64,000 nt of DNA from Wenzhouxiangellaceae bacterium (lineage in GTDB: Bacteria; Pseudomonadota; Gammaproteobacteria; Xanthomonadales; Wenzhouxiangellaceae). A program made the translations under genes and the position numbers. Shown here piece after piece: positions 17,558 through 27,364 of this stretch. The notes below the pieces were generated by a model, which saw only the letters and a list, made by a program, of their open reading frames with translations, searched no databases and was not told the DNA's origin. The stretch covers positions 4,034 to 68,033 of the forward strand of contig SLIZ01000104.1 in NCBI GenBank assembly GCA_007135395.1, read 5' to 3'. The first letter of the stretch is position 1. Every line of letters starts with the position of its first letter.

Positions 17558-18522
17558 CTCGGGTCGTACTCCTCGGGCTGGTCGGCCCCCAGCAGAAAGC
17601 GGGTTGGATTGCGCTCGAACTGGCTGCTCATCCGGGACAAGTCGCGCATGAGCAGGCGCAGCTCAATCAGGGTGGGGCCGAGCTGGCTGAGCCCCTCGCC
17701 GGTAAACCCGGCCAGTGCGTCCTCATTGTCGCTCAGAATATCATCGGCCCGGCGGGTCAGCGACGAAAGCTGGTTGAGGGAATCCTGCAGGTCGCGGGTG
17801 AGCTCGGGCATTGCATCGAGCAGATTTTCATCCAGCTTCCCGATGGCTCCATCCAGGCGGGCCATGGTTGTCCTGGCATCGTCGGCCAGACCGGCAAGGC
17901 TTTCGGTGGACTTTTCGGCATTGCGGATAATGCCCGGAATCCGGTCGCCTTCGAGGGTGACCGAGGTGGTAAAGGAATCCACATTGTCCAGCGTCTGGGC
18001 GATCCGTTCGGCGTTGTCCTCGCTCAGGAAATCCAGGATGCGAAGCATGACTTCCCCGGCGGTCGTGGCGATGTCTTCGGTAGAATCCAGCAGTCGCTGG
18101 ATGGCCGACTCCTCGGCGGGTATCCGGGGGATTCTCTCTCCTTCCCGGGCCACCAGCCTGGGGCTTTCCGGGCTGCCCCCGCTCAGCTGAATGATGGCGA
18201 CTCCGGTCAGACCGGTAAGGGCAAGCCGGGCGACCGTGTCCTGCTTGACCGGGGCATCGGCCTGGATACGAATTCTCGCGATGACCTGGCGCGGGTCTTC
18301 GGGATTGAGTCGCAATTCGCGCACCGTTCCAACGGCTATGCCGTTGTACTGGACCTGCCCGCCGGTGGAAAGTCCGGTGACCGCCTGGGAAAAATGAATC
18401 TCGTAGTCGCTCCAGGCACCTGCGGTGGTCCATTTCGAGGCCCACAGCCCCAGGCCCAGAGCCAGCAAGAGTCCAAGCAGGGTGAATGCACCGATAAGTA
18501 CGTGATTGGCTCGTGTTTCCAT
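17554..18522 (-). CDS. MCE/MlaD-domain substrate-binding protein
   Basis: An N-terminal TM (HVLIGAFTLLGLLLALGLGLWA) is followed by an MCE-domain-like block GLSTGGQVQYNGIAVGTVRELRL...ARIRI and a long helical C-terminus. Confidence 0.88.
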   Translation of the reverse strand: METRANHVLIGAFTLLGLLLALGLGLWASKWTTAGAWSDYEIHFSQAVTGLSTGGQVQYNGIAVGTVRELRLNPEDPRQVIARIRIQADAPVKQDTVARLALTGLTGVAIIQLSGGSPESPRLVAREGERIPRIPAEESAIQRLLDSTEDIATTAGEVMLRILDFLSEDNAERIAQTLDNVDSFTTSVTLEGDRIPGIIRNAEKSTESLAGLADDARTTMARLDGAIGKLDENLLDAMPELTRDLQDSLNQLSSLTRRADDILSDNEDALAGFTGEGLSQLGPTLIELRLLMRDLSRMSSQFERNPTRFLLGADQPEEYDPR

Positions 18523-18528
18523 AAGATT

Positions 18529-19347
18529 CTAATCCTGTGATCGCTGCTGACCCGCCTGTGCCGCCCGGGCCCTGGGGCCGTGAAAGTACTGCTGGACCCA
18601 TTCGTGTTCATGTTGTTCGACTTCCGGCAGCGGCCCGATGGTCAATACCCGGCTCTCGGCCAGGACACCGACCCGGTCGCAGATGGCATAAAGCGTATCC
18701 AGATCATGGGTGATCAGAAACACGGTAAGGCCAAGCGCGCGACTCAAAGTCTGCAGCAACTCGTCGAAGGCCGCCGCACCGATCGGGTCCAGACCTGCGG
18801 TGGGTTCGTCGAGAAAAAGCAACTCCGGGTCGATCGCCAACGCCCGGGCAAGCCCGGCTCGCTTTCGCATGCCCCCGGAAAGCTCCGAAGGGAGCTTGTC
18901 TCCGGCATGGCTCGGCAGACCGGCCATGCTTATCTTCAGATCCGCAAGTTGTCCCCGAAGTTTCCCGCCCATGCCGGGCATGTGGGTCTTGAAGGGCACC
19001 TCCACGTTCTCCCGCACGGTCAGGGACGAAAACAGGGCACCGTCCTGGAACAGTACCCCGGTACGCCGTTCCAGCTGCTGGCGGTGGCCGGCACCGGTGG
19101 CCTGGCCAAAGAGTTCGATCGTGCCTGCCTGGGCCTGGCGCAGCCCCAGGATCGTCCGCATGAGCACGGACTTACCGGTGCCCGAGCCTCCGACCAGTCC
19201 AAGGATTTCACCCCGGTGGACGTCCAGGTCCAGGTTTTCGTGGACCACCAGGCTGCCAAACCGGTTGGCCAGGCCCCGGATACGAATGACCGGTGCCGAT
19301 GCGTCGTTACCGTCTTCCCGGTTGGCGTCCTGTGTCTGCTCGTTCAC
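18529..19347 (-). CDS. ABC transporter ATP-binding protein (MlaF-like)
   Basis: Walker A GGSGTGKS, signature LSGGMRKR, Walker B LLFLDEPT. GTG 19345-19347 overlaps the permease stop (GTGA). The track ORF extension to 19482 is rejected. Confidence 0.92.
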   Translation of the reverse strand: MNEQTQDANREDGNDASAPVIRIRGLANRFGSLVVHENLDLDVHRGEILGLVGGSGTGKSVLMRTILGLRQAQAGTIELFGQATGAGHRQQLERRTGVLFQDGALFSSLTVRENVEVPFKTHMPGMGGKLRGQLADLKISMAGLPSHAGDKLPSELSGGMRKRAGLARALAIDPELLFLDEPTAGLDPIGAAAFDELLQTLSRALGLTVFLITHDLDTLYAICDRVGVLAESRVLTIGPLPEVEQHEHEWVQQYFHGPRARAAQAGQQRSQD

Positions 19348-20453
19348 CAACCGATCTCCATGAAAAATACCGCCGCCATGGCATCGATGATGATGACCAG
19401 GGTAATACTCTGGACCACTGCCGAGGTAGTCCGTTCGCCTACTGACTGGGCGGTGCCTTCCACCTTCAGGCCTTCCAGGCACCCGACCAGTGCGATGACA
19501 AAGGCAAAGATGGGTGCCTTGATCAGCCCGACCAGGTAGTGTTGCAGCTCCATCATTTCGTACATTCGGTTGAAGTACATTTCCGCGCCGATATCAAGCG
19601 CGGTCACGCTGACCACAAGCCCGCCTGCCAGCCCCGCGATCATGGCAACAACGGTCAGAACCGGCAGCATGATCAATAGTGCGATCAAGCGAGGCAGGAC
19701 CAGTAACTCCACCGGATCCAGGCCCAGGGTTCTCATGGCGTCGATTTCTTCGCGGCTTTTCATGGTGCCGATCTGTGCGGTAAATGCACTTGCAGTGCGT
19801 CCCGCCAGCAGGATGGCGGTCAGCAGGACGCCGAACTCGCGAAGAAACGCGTAGGTTGTCAGGTCCACCACAAACACTTCTGCGCCGAAGGCACGCAGTA
19901 CGGTGGCGCCGAGAAAGGCGATGACCGCACCCACCAGAAAGCTCAGGAGTGCGACCAGGGGAAGGGCGTTGAAGCCGGTCTGCTCCATGTGGTGGACCAC
20001 CGAGGTCAGGCGCAACCTCCCGGGCCGTACCAGGGTCGTGGCCAGTGCTACAAGGGTCTGGCCGAGAAAACCGATGAGCTGCAGCAGATTGGACACCATG
20101 GTCCGGGTTGCCGATCCGATATGGTCGAGAACCATCGTCAGGCCACCAAGCCCGGGGGCATGGTCGGGCTCATCGCTTTCCATGGCCCGGGCGACGGTGT
20201 CGACCAGGGCCTGGTGGGTGGGGTCGACTTCCAGTTCGTTGCGACCGACTCCTGCCGATCTCAAGCAGTCAAGCAGTAGAAGGGCTCCGGCCGAATCGAG
20301 TTTTTCGATGCCGGTGGCATCGACCCGGCTGAAGTTTCCTTCAGGCAGAGCGGGTACCTGACGTCCGTTGTCCATGGCCTCCAGGCGCCAGTCTCCCCGG
20401 GCCAGAAGGCAGCCATCGGAGTCCGGGTCGTCGGTCAGGTAGGGTCGCGTCAT
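19344..20453 (-). CDS. MlaE-family ABC permease with N-terminal STAS-like extension
   Basis: 369 aa. The N-terminal ~110 aa are soluble (LEAMDNG...IEKLDSAGALLLLDCL), followed by an MlaE-like TM core (EIDAMRTLGLDP motif). Confidence 0.88.
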   Translation of the reverse strand: MTRPYLTDDPDSDGCLLARGDWRLEAMDNGRQVPALPEGNFSRVDATGIEKLDSAGALLLLDCLRSAGVGRNELEVDPTHQALVDTVARAMESDEPDHAPGLGGLTMVLDHIGSATRTMVSNLLQLIGFLGQTLVALATTLVRPGRLRLTSVVHHMEQTGFNALPLVALLSFLVGAVIAFLGATVLRAFGAEVFVVDLTTYAFLREFGVLLTAILLAGRTASAFTAQIGTMKSREEIDAMRTLGLDPVELLVLPRLIALLIMLPVLTVVAMIAGLAGGLVVSVTALDIGAEMYFNRMYEMMELQHYLVGLIKAPIFAFVIALVGCLEGLKVEGTAQSVGERTTSAVVQSITLVIIIDAMAAVFFMEIGW

Positions 20454-23239
20454 TGTTGCCCGAGTTGTCGCGAGAACGTTTCCCGAAGGTTGGCGTGATC
20501 CTCGGAAGTCTCAGCCAGGCCCTGTTCGATGGCCTCGGCCAGTTCCCCGGCCTCCTGTTCCCGGCCAGCATCGATCAGTAGCATGTGCAGCCGTATGGCT
20601 GACTCCAGTCCGGTCTGATCGGCGAGGCGCTCGCCTTCCCGGCGATGGTGGACATAGTCCTGCAACAGGGCCATTTCTTCGCCGGAATTTCCCAGTTCCC
20701 GGTGGACCCGGGCGACCAGCAGGGTGGTATGCATTACGTGGGCATGGTCGTCACCAAGAAGCTCCCGGCGGTTTTCGTGCACTGACTGGATCATGGGAAG
20801 CGCTGCCTCGGCAGACCCGGTATCGAGCTTGGCGTTGGCCAGAAGCTCCAGGGCCGTGAGGGTATCCAGGTGGTTGGGTCCGAGCAGGGCTTCCCGTTGT
20901 CGGGCGACCGGTTCGAGCAGCTCCAGGGCCCGATCCGGCTGCTGGTTGGCCAGCAGGGCGCTGCCCAGGTTGAGTCGGGCGCGCAGGGTCAGCGGATGGG
21001 TGGGGCCAGCACCCTGGCTGCGCCGTTCCACGACTTCTTCGAGCAGAGGTATGGCCTCATCCAGCCTGCCCAGACGGTTCAGATGGTTGGCCTTGTTGTT
21101 CATGGCCCGAAGGGTGTGCGGGTGGCTGCGACCGTGGACCTCGAACAGGATCGGAAGCAACTGCTCGCTGATTTCAATGGCCTCGTCGAATCGGCCAAGG
21201 CCGCCCAGGGCGGATTCCACGTTCAGCATGGCCCGCGTGACCCGGTTGTGTTCCGGTTCATGGATGGCCCTGGCCTGTTCCAGGGCCAGCTTGAATTTCT
21301 CCAGTGCTTGTTCCAGGTTGCCTGACCGGGCGTGAACATAGCCGATCGAGCTGACCAGCTGGATCTGGTGGTCCGGATCCAGCGGGCCGGCCATTTCGGC
21401 CAGGTCATTGGCTGCTCTCGCCAGTTCCAGGGCTTCTTCCCGGTCACCCAGTTCCACCTTGACGATGGCCAGGTCATCCAGAACATCAATGTTGAGCCGG
21501 GCATAGTCGGGGTGCCGAAAAAACAATCGCTCATCATCGATAGTCTCGAGAATCCCCACAAGGTGGTCCCGGGCGTCTTCCAGTCTGCCCGCGCTGAACA
21601 GGCTCCAGCCCAGATTCCTGCGGGCCTTGAGCAGATCCGGGTCAAGCCGGTCCTGGTGCATTTCACGCAGCGCAACGATTCGCTCGGCCAGATCCAGGGC
21701 CTGCGCATCCAGGCCCACGCTGGAATAGACCTCAAGAACCGATTTGTACAGGTCGGCCTTGAGCAGGGGTTGGTCGGCGAAGTCCCTTTCAATGCTGGAC
21801 AGGGCCCGGGAGAGCATGAATTCATCGATCAGTTCCCGCGCCAGGTCGGTTGGATTCGTCCGGCCAACGGCCGTCTCGAAGGCACTCAAGCCGGCCTGGT
21901 AGTCGGCCTGGTCGGCCTCGGCCTCCATGGCCCGGGCAAATTGCCGGCGCAGACCGTCGACGAGGCCTTCACCCATGGCCCTGGGATCGAGTTCTTCGAG
22001 CATGGACTGCTGGAAGCCCACCACCAGTTCCAGTTCCTGCTTGCGCTCTTCGGCGACCTGTGCCTGGCGCTGGGCCTCGAACATCCCCAGGGTGGCAGCG
22101 GTCAGACCGGCGACAAGGGCCAGGACCACCGCACTGGCACTGCCCAGTGCCAGTGAATTGCGGCCAACGAACTTGCGCATTTTGTATCCCGGCGTCAAGG
22201 GCATTGCCCGGACCGGTTTGTTATCGAGGTATCTGCAAAGGTCGGCGGCAAGGTCAGCCACCGAGGCATAGCGATGTTCCCGGTCGATGGATAGCGCCAT
22301 CAGGGCAATTGCATCCAGGTCACCCCGCAGGCCCCGGCGAAGCTTGTTAAGGCGCATGTTCCGGCGCCGGGCGATTGCCGTGACTACTTCACCTGTTTCC
22401 TGCAGGCGGGTGGAGGGCCGCGAGATTGCCTTCTTGCTGATCTTCCGGTGAATTCTTGCCGGGTCCGATTCACGGAATATCGTCCGTTCGAAGGGCGGTT
22501 GGTCGACCAGCAGTTCATACAATATGACGCCCAGTGAGTAGACATCGCTGCGGGTGTCGATCCCGCCCTCACCGGATAGCTGTTCCGGGCTCATGTAGCG
22601 GGGAGTACCCGCCGAGCTTTCCGGGCTTACCGATCGCTCCATGGGCACACCGGCGGCGGTGGCAATACCAAAGTCGATGATCTTGGGGACTGGCTGGGAG
22701 TCGACGGTGGATACGAGAATGTTGCCCGGCTTCAGGTCACGGTGAATGATTCCCTTCTGGTGGGCGTGCTGGACCCCCCGGCAGATCCGGACAAAAAGCT
22801 CCAGCCGCTGGCGCAGGTTGAGCGCCCGACTCGTGCAGTATTCTTCCAGGGTTTCGCCAGGCACATATTCCATGACGAAGTAGGGAAAGTCCCCCGGCGT
22901 GGTGCCGGCATCGAAGACCTGGGCAATCGCCGGGTGTTGCATCTGGGCCAGCGCCTGGCGTTCGACTTCGAAGCGGGCCACGTTGTAGGGGTTGTGCATC
23001 TTCCGCCGGATCAGCTTCAGTGCGACTTTCCGCTGGACCGGCTCGCTTTGCTCGGCCAGAAACACCAGGCCCATGCCACCCTGGCCAAGCTCCCGGATCA
23101 GCCGGAATCCGGGAATTTCCGGCCATTGCTCTCCGGTTTCCGAAGCCCCGCCCCCATCGTGGCCCTCGACCCGGGTTTTCAGCCGGGTCGCTGGATCTTC
23201 CTCCGGCTTTTCCGGTTTGTTGTCACGTTTCTTTGCCAC
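20450..23239 (-). CDS. Hanks-type Ser/Thr protein kinase with one TM helix and a long C-terminal TPR-like domain
   Basis: Kinase motifs GQGGMGLVF..VALKLI, HRDLKPGNIL, DFGIA and GTPRYMSPEQ. TM helix SLALGSASAVVLALVAGLTAATLGMF. About 530 aa of TPR-like helical repeats follow. The stop TGA overlaps the ATG of the permease gene. Confidence 0.93.
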   Translation of the reverse strand: MAKKRDNKPEKPEEDPATRLKTRVEGHDGGGASETGEQWPEIPGFRLIRELGQGGMGLVFLAEQSEPVQRKVALKLIRRKMHNPYNVARFEVERQALAQMQHPAIAQVFDAGTTPGDFPYFVMEYVPGETLEEYCTSRALNLRQRLELFVRICRGVQHAHQKGIIHRDLKPGNILVSTVDSQPVPKIIDFGIATAAGVPMERSVSPESSAGTPRYMSPEQLSGEGGIDTRSDVYSLGVILYELLVDQPPFERTIFRESDPARIHRKISKKAISRPSTRLQETGEVVTAIARRRNMRLNKLRRGLRGDLDAIALMALSIDREHRYASVADLAADLCRYLDNKPVRAMPLTPGYKMRKFVGRNSLALGSASAVVLALVAGLTAATLGMFEAQRQAQVAEERKQELELVVGFQQSMLEELDPRAMGEGLVDGLRRQFARAMEAEADQADYQAGLSAFETAVGRTNPTDLARELIDEFMLSRALSSIERDFADQPLLKADLYKSVLEVYSSVGLDAQALDLAERIVALREMHQDRLDPDLLKARRNLGWSLFSAGRLEDARDHLVGILETIDDERLFFRHPDYARLNIDVLDDLAIVKVELGDREEALELARAANDLAEMAGPLDPDHQIQLVSSIGYVHARSGNLEQALEKFKLALEQARAIHEPEHNRVTRAMLNVESALGGLGRFDEAIEISEQLLPILFEVHGRSHPHTLRAMNNKANHLNRLGRLDEAIPLLEEVVERRSQGAGPTHPLTLRARLNLGSALLANQQPDRALELLEPVARQREALLGPNHLDTLTALELLANAKLDTGSAEAALPMIQSVHENRRELLGDDHAHVMHTTLLVARVHRELGNSGEEMALLQDYVHHRREGERLADQTGLESAIRLHMLLIDAGREQEAGELAEAIEQGLAETSEDHANLRETFSRQLGQQ

Positions 23240-23340
23240 GATCGAGGGGCCTGCCTTTCCGGGTCACAAGAGTGAAGTTTACCAGCAGGCGACCGGCTTC
23301 AATTCCCCTCATTGCAATTGTGAACATGGTCGCGCCGGTA

Positions 23341-24744
23341 TTATCGGCCTTCCGTGGTGTGCCCCTCCTGCGGCCATGCGGCCCGGTCAATATCCAGGTC
23401 CGGGAAGTCATCCGGGTTGAACTGGGGGACCCGGCCCTGCCGGGCCTGAACGTCATAGTCTTTCAGCAGCCTCATGCCCACCTTGAACAGCAGCACCAGG
23501 GCGGTGAGGTTGGCCAGGGCCAGCAGGGCCATGGTCAGGTCGGCAAAGCCGAAGATTGTGCTCAGATCCTGCATCGACCCCCACAGGATCAGGGCAACGA
23601 TGCCGGCCCGGAAAATGTTGGTGAAAAGCCGGTCTTCCTCGGAAAACCAGTTCAGGCTGGTCTCGCCCAGGTAGTAGTTGTACAGGATCGAGCTGAAGGC
23701 AAACAGCATGAGCGCGCCGCTGACGAAAAGCGTGCCCCATTCGCCCAGGTGCTCGCCCAGGGCCATCTGGGTGAGCACTACGCCATCGTCGACGCTACCC
23801 GTATACACACCGGACATGAGGATGATCAGCGCGGTACAGGTACAGATAATGGCGGTATCGATGAATACCGAAAGGGATTGGACGATTCCCTGGTGGACCG
23901 GATGGGGTACATGGGCTACGGCCGCCACGTTGGGGGCACTGCCAAGGCCGGCCTCGTTGGAAAACAGCCCCCGGCGCACACCCATGGCCAGTGCCGCACC
24001 GATTCCCCCGCCCACGGCCTCTTCCAGGCCGAACGCACTCTTGACGATCAGGGTAAGCACCGCCGGAACCTGGTCCACGTTGAGCCCCACGACAACCAGG
24101 GCGATCAATACGTAGGCTACCGCCATGAGCGGAACGATGATCTCGGTGACCGAGGCGATGCGCCGGACCCCGCCGAAGATGATCACCCCCACGATGGCGG
24201 CCAGGGCCACCCCGGTGACGGAGGTAGGGATACCGAATGCATCTTCCAGGGACGAAGAGGCGACAAAGGACTGCAAGGCCACGAAGGCCAGGCCGAAGGT
24301 GACCAGCAGCAGGATGGAAAACACCACCGCCAACCATTTCAGTCCGGTGCCGCGGGTAATGTAGTGGGCCGGGCCACCCCGGAAGGTACCGTCGGGCTTG
24401 CGGACCTTGTATGCCTGGGCCAGGGTGCACTCGATGAGGCTGGTGGCCATGCCGATCAGGCCGATGACCCACATCCAGAATACCGCGCCGGGTCCGCCCA
24501 GGGCGATGGCCACCGCGACCCCGGCAATGTTGCCGGCCCCGACGCGTCCGGCCACGCTCAGGGTCAGGGCCTGGAAGGAACTCACCTGGCCCGGCTGGTG
24601 CCGGAAGGCGCCCTTGATAACCCGGAACATCTCGATGAAATAGCGAAACTGGACAAACCGGGAGAGCACCGTGAAGGCCGTGCCAAGCCCGATCAGAACG
24701 ACGACCAGGACGTAGGACCAGAGAAATTCGGTAACAAGGGTCAT
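23341..24744 (-). CDS. Alanine/glycine:cation symporter (AGCS family)
   Basis: MTLVTEFLWSYVLVVVLIGLG...FQALTLSVAGRVGAGNIAGVAVAIALGGPGAVFWMW is diagnostic of AGCS/sodium:alanine symporters. The start is taken at ATG 24744; the track ORF extends to 24879. Confidence 0.92.
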   Translation of the reverse strand: MTLVTEFLWSYVLVVVLIGLGTAFTVLSRFVQFRYFIEMFRVIKGAFRHQPGQVSSFQALTLSVAGRVGAGNIAGVAVAIALGGPGAVFWMWVIGLIGMATSLIECTLAQAYKVRKPDGTFRGGPAHYITRGTGLKWLAVVFSILLLVTFGLAFVALQSFVASSSLEDAFGIPTSVTGVALAAIVGVIIFGGVRRIASVTEIIVPLMAVAYVLIALVVVGLNVDQVPAVLTLIVKSAFGLEEAVGGGIGAALAMGVRRGLFSNEAGLGSAPNVAAVAHVPHPVHQGIVQSLSVFIDTAIICTCTALIILMSGVYTGSVDDGVVLTQMALGEHLGEWGTLFVSGALMLFAFSSILYNYYLGETSLNWFSEEDRLFTNIFRAGIVALILWGSMQDLSTIFGFADLTMALLALANLTALVLLFKVGMRLLKDYDVQARQGRVPQFNPDDFPDLDIDRAAWPQEGHTTEGR

Positions 24745-24969
24745 TGGATGGGGTTCTCCCGAAGCTTGAACAGTTGAGTGCCCGGGGGCAGGCCCGGGTG
24801 CTGCCGGGCAAGTGTAAGGCCTATCGCTGCCCTTTTCATGTCCCCGTGCAGCCCCAAGTTCATGGGGGTGGGCGGACACGCCGGGTCCGGGGAGGGCCGT
24901 GAACTTTGTCTCCCGCCAGCGTACTCAATGATCATCCGGCCACAGACCCGTTTTCCAGAGGATTGCACA

Positions 24970-26589
24970 ATGCTTCGAACGTATTCATTTCTGATGCCAC
25001 TCAAGGTCCTGTTTCTGGCCCTGGTGCTTGTTTCGCCAGTCATGGCCGAAGATTCCACGGGTGACCAGGAAATCCGCGAGATCCCCGAGCCCGACCTGGA
25101 GTCCCTCGAAGGTCCTGCCCGGGAGGCTGTTCGGGAAGTCCGCCGGGGTTTCGAGCGGGCCCGGGAGGAAGCAGAAAATGATGAAAGTCTGGCTCGAGTC
25201 TACGCCCAGAAGGGTCGGGTCTATCACGCCCATGGCCTGTACCCCCAGGCCCTGGTGGCCTACCGCAATGCCTCGGCACTGGATCCCTACAATGCCGAAT
25301 GGGTCTACCTTCGAGCCTACATGGAAGAGCAGGCCGGGCACGAGCCGGTGGCCATCGTCATGTACTCCCTGACGCTTCATCACCAGCCGGACTATGTGCC
25401 GGCCCTGATTCGACGTGGCCGGTTGCACTTCCAGGCAGGCAATATCGAGCCTGCCGGAGAGGATTTCGAACGGGCCTTGCAACTGGACCGGTCCTCCCTC
25501 GCCGCTCTGGCCGGCATGGGCATGGTTCTCCAGCGCCTGGGTCAGACCGAACAGGCGGTGGAAATGCTCGAACAGGTTCTCGCCCAGGACCCGGAAGCGA
25601 CCTATCTTCACGACCTCCTCGGTCTTGCCTACCTGGACCTCGACGATGTTGAAACGGCGAGGGACCACATGGCCCGCAGCGGCTCGAGGCAGCCGGCCAT
25701 CAACGATCCGATCTTGTCCCTGGTCCGCGCTCTTTCCACGGATCCGAAAGATCTGTTCGAGCGGGGACTGCGCAATGCGCGGGCCGGCAACCTGGAATCG
25801 GCCGAACGGCTGCTCGGCCGGGCGGCACAAGCCGAGCCCGACAATGCCGAGTACGGGCGCACCCACGCCCTGGTCCTGGCCCGGAAGGGTGAAGCCGACG
25901 AGGCCCGCCAGGCGATGCAGCGGGTTCTGGATCTCGATACCGGGGACCCGGAGGATTACCGGGCCTTTGGCCAGATGCTGGAGCTGCTTGAGGAAACCAG
26001 CGAGGCTCTTGAAGCCTACGAGCAGGCACTGGCCATGGACGAGGAAAGCCGGGAAAGCCGGGTGCAGCTTGCCGATGCCCTGATGCGGGCCGGGGATTTC
26101 GAGACTGCCGGAGAGCATTACCAGGGATTGTCCCGGGATGCCGAGGACAGCGAGGAATCCATGCATTTCACCCACCTCTACGGGCTCAGCCAGATTGCCA
26201 TCGGCAGTTGCAGCGGCGCTGCTGAAACATTCCGGAACATCGAACGGGAGACCACCTTTCGCTATGCCCCGTCCATGCTGGCCCTGGCCCGGCTGAAAGC
26301 CACCTGTCTCAACGCCGATGAAGACGAGCTGGAAGAGGCGCTGCAATGGACCGGGGAAATCTATGAATCCGATCCGAGCCTGGAAGCGGCCGAAACCCTG
26401 GCCATGGTTCATGCAGCCCTCGGGCAGTTTGAAGATGCCGAGGACCTGCAGGCCCAGGCCATCTTCGAGGCCACCCGGACCGGCCAGCACGACCAGCATG
26501 AAGACCTTCGGGCCAACATGCGCCGTTACGAAAACGAACAGCGTTCGGCCCGACCGTTCACTGCAGGCCAGTTGATCCCGCTACTCTGA
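24970..26589 (+). CDS. Secreted TPR-repeat protein
   Basis: ATG 24970 gives the signal peptide MLRTYSFLMPLKVLFLALVLVSPVMA. Repeated TPR-like units follow (A..Y..AL.LDP..). The track ORF starts earlier, at 24778. Confidence 0.8.
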   Translation: MLRTYSFLMPLKVLFLALVLVSPVMAEDSTGDQEIREIPEPDLESLEGPAREAVREVRRGFERAREEAENDESLARVYAQKGRVYHAHGLYPQALVAYRNASALDPYNAEWVYLRAYMEEQAGHEPVAIVMYSLTLHHQPDYVPALIRRGRLHFQAGNIEPAGEDFERALQLDRSSLAALAGMGMVLQRLGQTEQAVEMLEQVLAQDPEATYLHDLLGLAYLDLDDVETARDHMARSGSRQPAINDPILSLVRALSTDPKDLFERGLRNARAGNLESAERLLGRAAQAEPDNAEYGRTHALVLARKGEADEARQAMQRVLDLDTGDPEDYRAFGQMLELLEETSEALEAYEQALAMDEESRESRVQLADALMRAGDFETAGEHYQGLSRDAEDSEESMHFTHLYGLSQIAIGSCSGAAETFRNIERETTFRYAPSMLALARLKATCLNADEDELEEALQWTGEIYESDPSLEAAETLAMVHAALGQFEDAEDLQAQAIFEATRTGQHDQHEDLRANMRRYENEQRSARPFTAGQLIPLL

Positions 26590-26614
26590 CGGGGAGCTTG
26601 CCGGGAGCCGGGCC

Positions 26615-27313
26615 ATGATCGATCCACCGAATCAGGGGACCGGCAAATCCATGGAAGCGATTCATTCGGAGCTTTTGGATGCGCTGCCGGCCCGGGCCGA
26701 GTCACCGGCCGAAGGGCTTGTTGCCCGGGGCTGGTGGTCGGCCCCCGACGTAGTGCCATCGGACCTTGCCACCGACCTGCGCCATGACCTCCAGGCCCTT
26801 GTTGAAGCCGACCGGCTCCGCCGGGGAGGAATTGGCCGGGAGCGGGACTTCCAGGTCGAAGCCTCCATCCGCCGGGACCGGATCAGCTGGTTGACCCGCG
26901 ACCGCCCCGTTCAACGACGGTTTCTCGACCAGATGGAGGCTATGCGCCTGGACCTGAACCGGGCCCTGTTTCTTGGCCTGTTCGAATTCGAATGCCACTA
27001 CGCCGTCTATCCCCCGGGGGGCTTCTATCGGCGTCACTACGACAGTTTTCGCGGTGCGGCCAACCGTATCGTCTCCCTGGTGGCCTACCTCAACCCGGAA
27101 TGGCAGCCCGGGGATGGCGGCGAACTGGTGCTGTATGCCGACGATTCAAGTCGCCCACTGACCCGAATCGAGCCCCGGCACGGCACCCTGGCGATATTCC
27201 TGAGCGAGGAAATCCCCCACGAAGTTCTTCCGGCCACGAAAGACCGCTACTCCATAGCCGGCTGGTTCCGGCTCAATGCTTCGATCGGCGGGCAGGTGGA
27301 CCCGGCCCGGTAG
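26615..27313 (+). CDS. 2OG-Fe(II) oxygenase, prolyl-4-hydroxylase-like
   Basis: The HxD...H facial triad can be read in FYRRHYDSF ... EIPHEVLPA, with a distal RYSIAGWF Arg motif. Confidence 0.8.
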   Translation: MIDPPNQGTGKSMEAIHSELLDALPARAESPAEGLVARGWWSAPDVVPSDLATDLRHDLQALVEADRLRRGGIGRERDFQVEASIRRDRISWLTRDRPVQRRFLDQMEAMRLDLNRALFLGLFEFECHYAVYPPGGFYRRHYDSFRGAANRIVSLVAYLNPEWQPGDGGELVLYADDSSRPLTRIEPRHGTLAIFLSEEIPHEVLPATKDRYSIAGWFRLNASIGGQVDPAR

Positions 27314-27364
27314 GCGGGTTACCAATCCGGTAAGCTGTCAGCCGGTCCACCGGGATTACAGGCC

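Noticed and set aside
23020-24777. 585-aa plus-strand ORF
   Set aside because: It is antisense to the AGCS symporter and the 5' end of the kinase, with low-complexity G/R/P/H-rich sequence.
24745-24969. Possible glycine riboswitch in the 225-nt leader of the alanine/glycine symporter
   Set aside because: On the minus strand, a P1-like pairing (CGCTG...CAGCG) flanks GGGAGAC and GAAAAGGGC elements that loosely recall the GGAGAG / GGCAAAAGGAC cores. The conserved CGCCGAAGGGGCAA segment is absent, and I could not fold convincing P2 or P3 stems. A cmscan with the Rfam glycine model would settle it. I do not call it.
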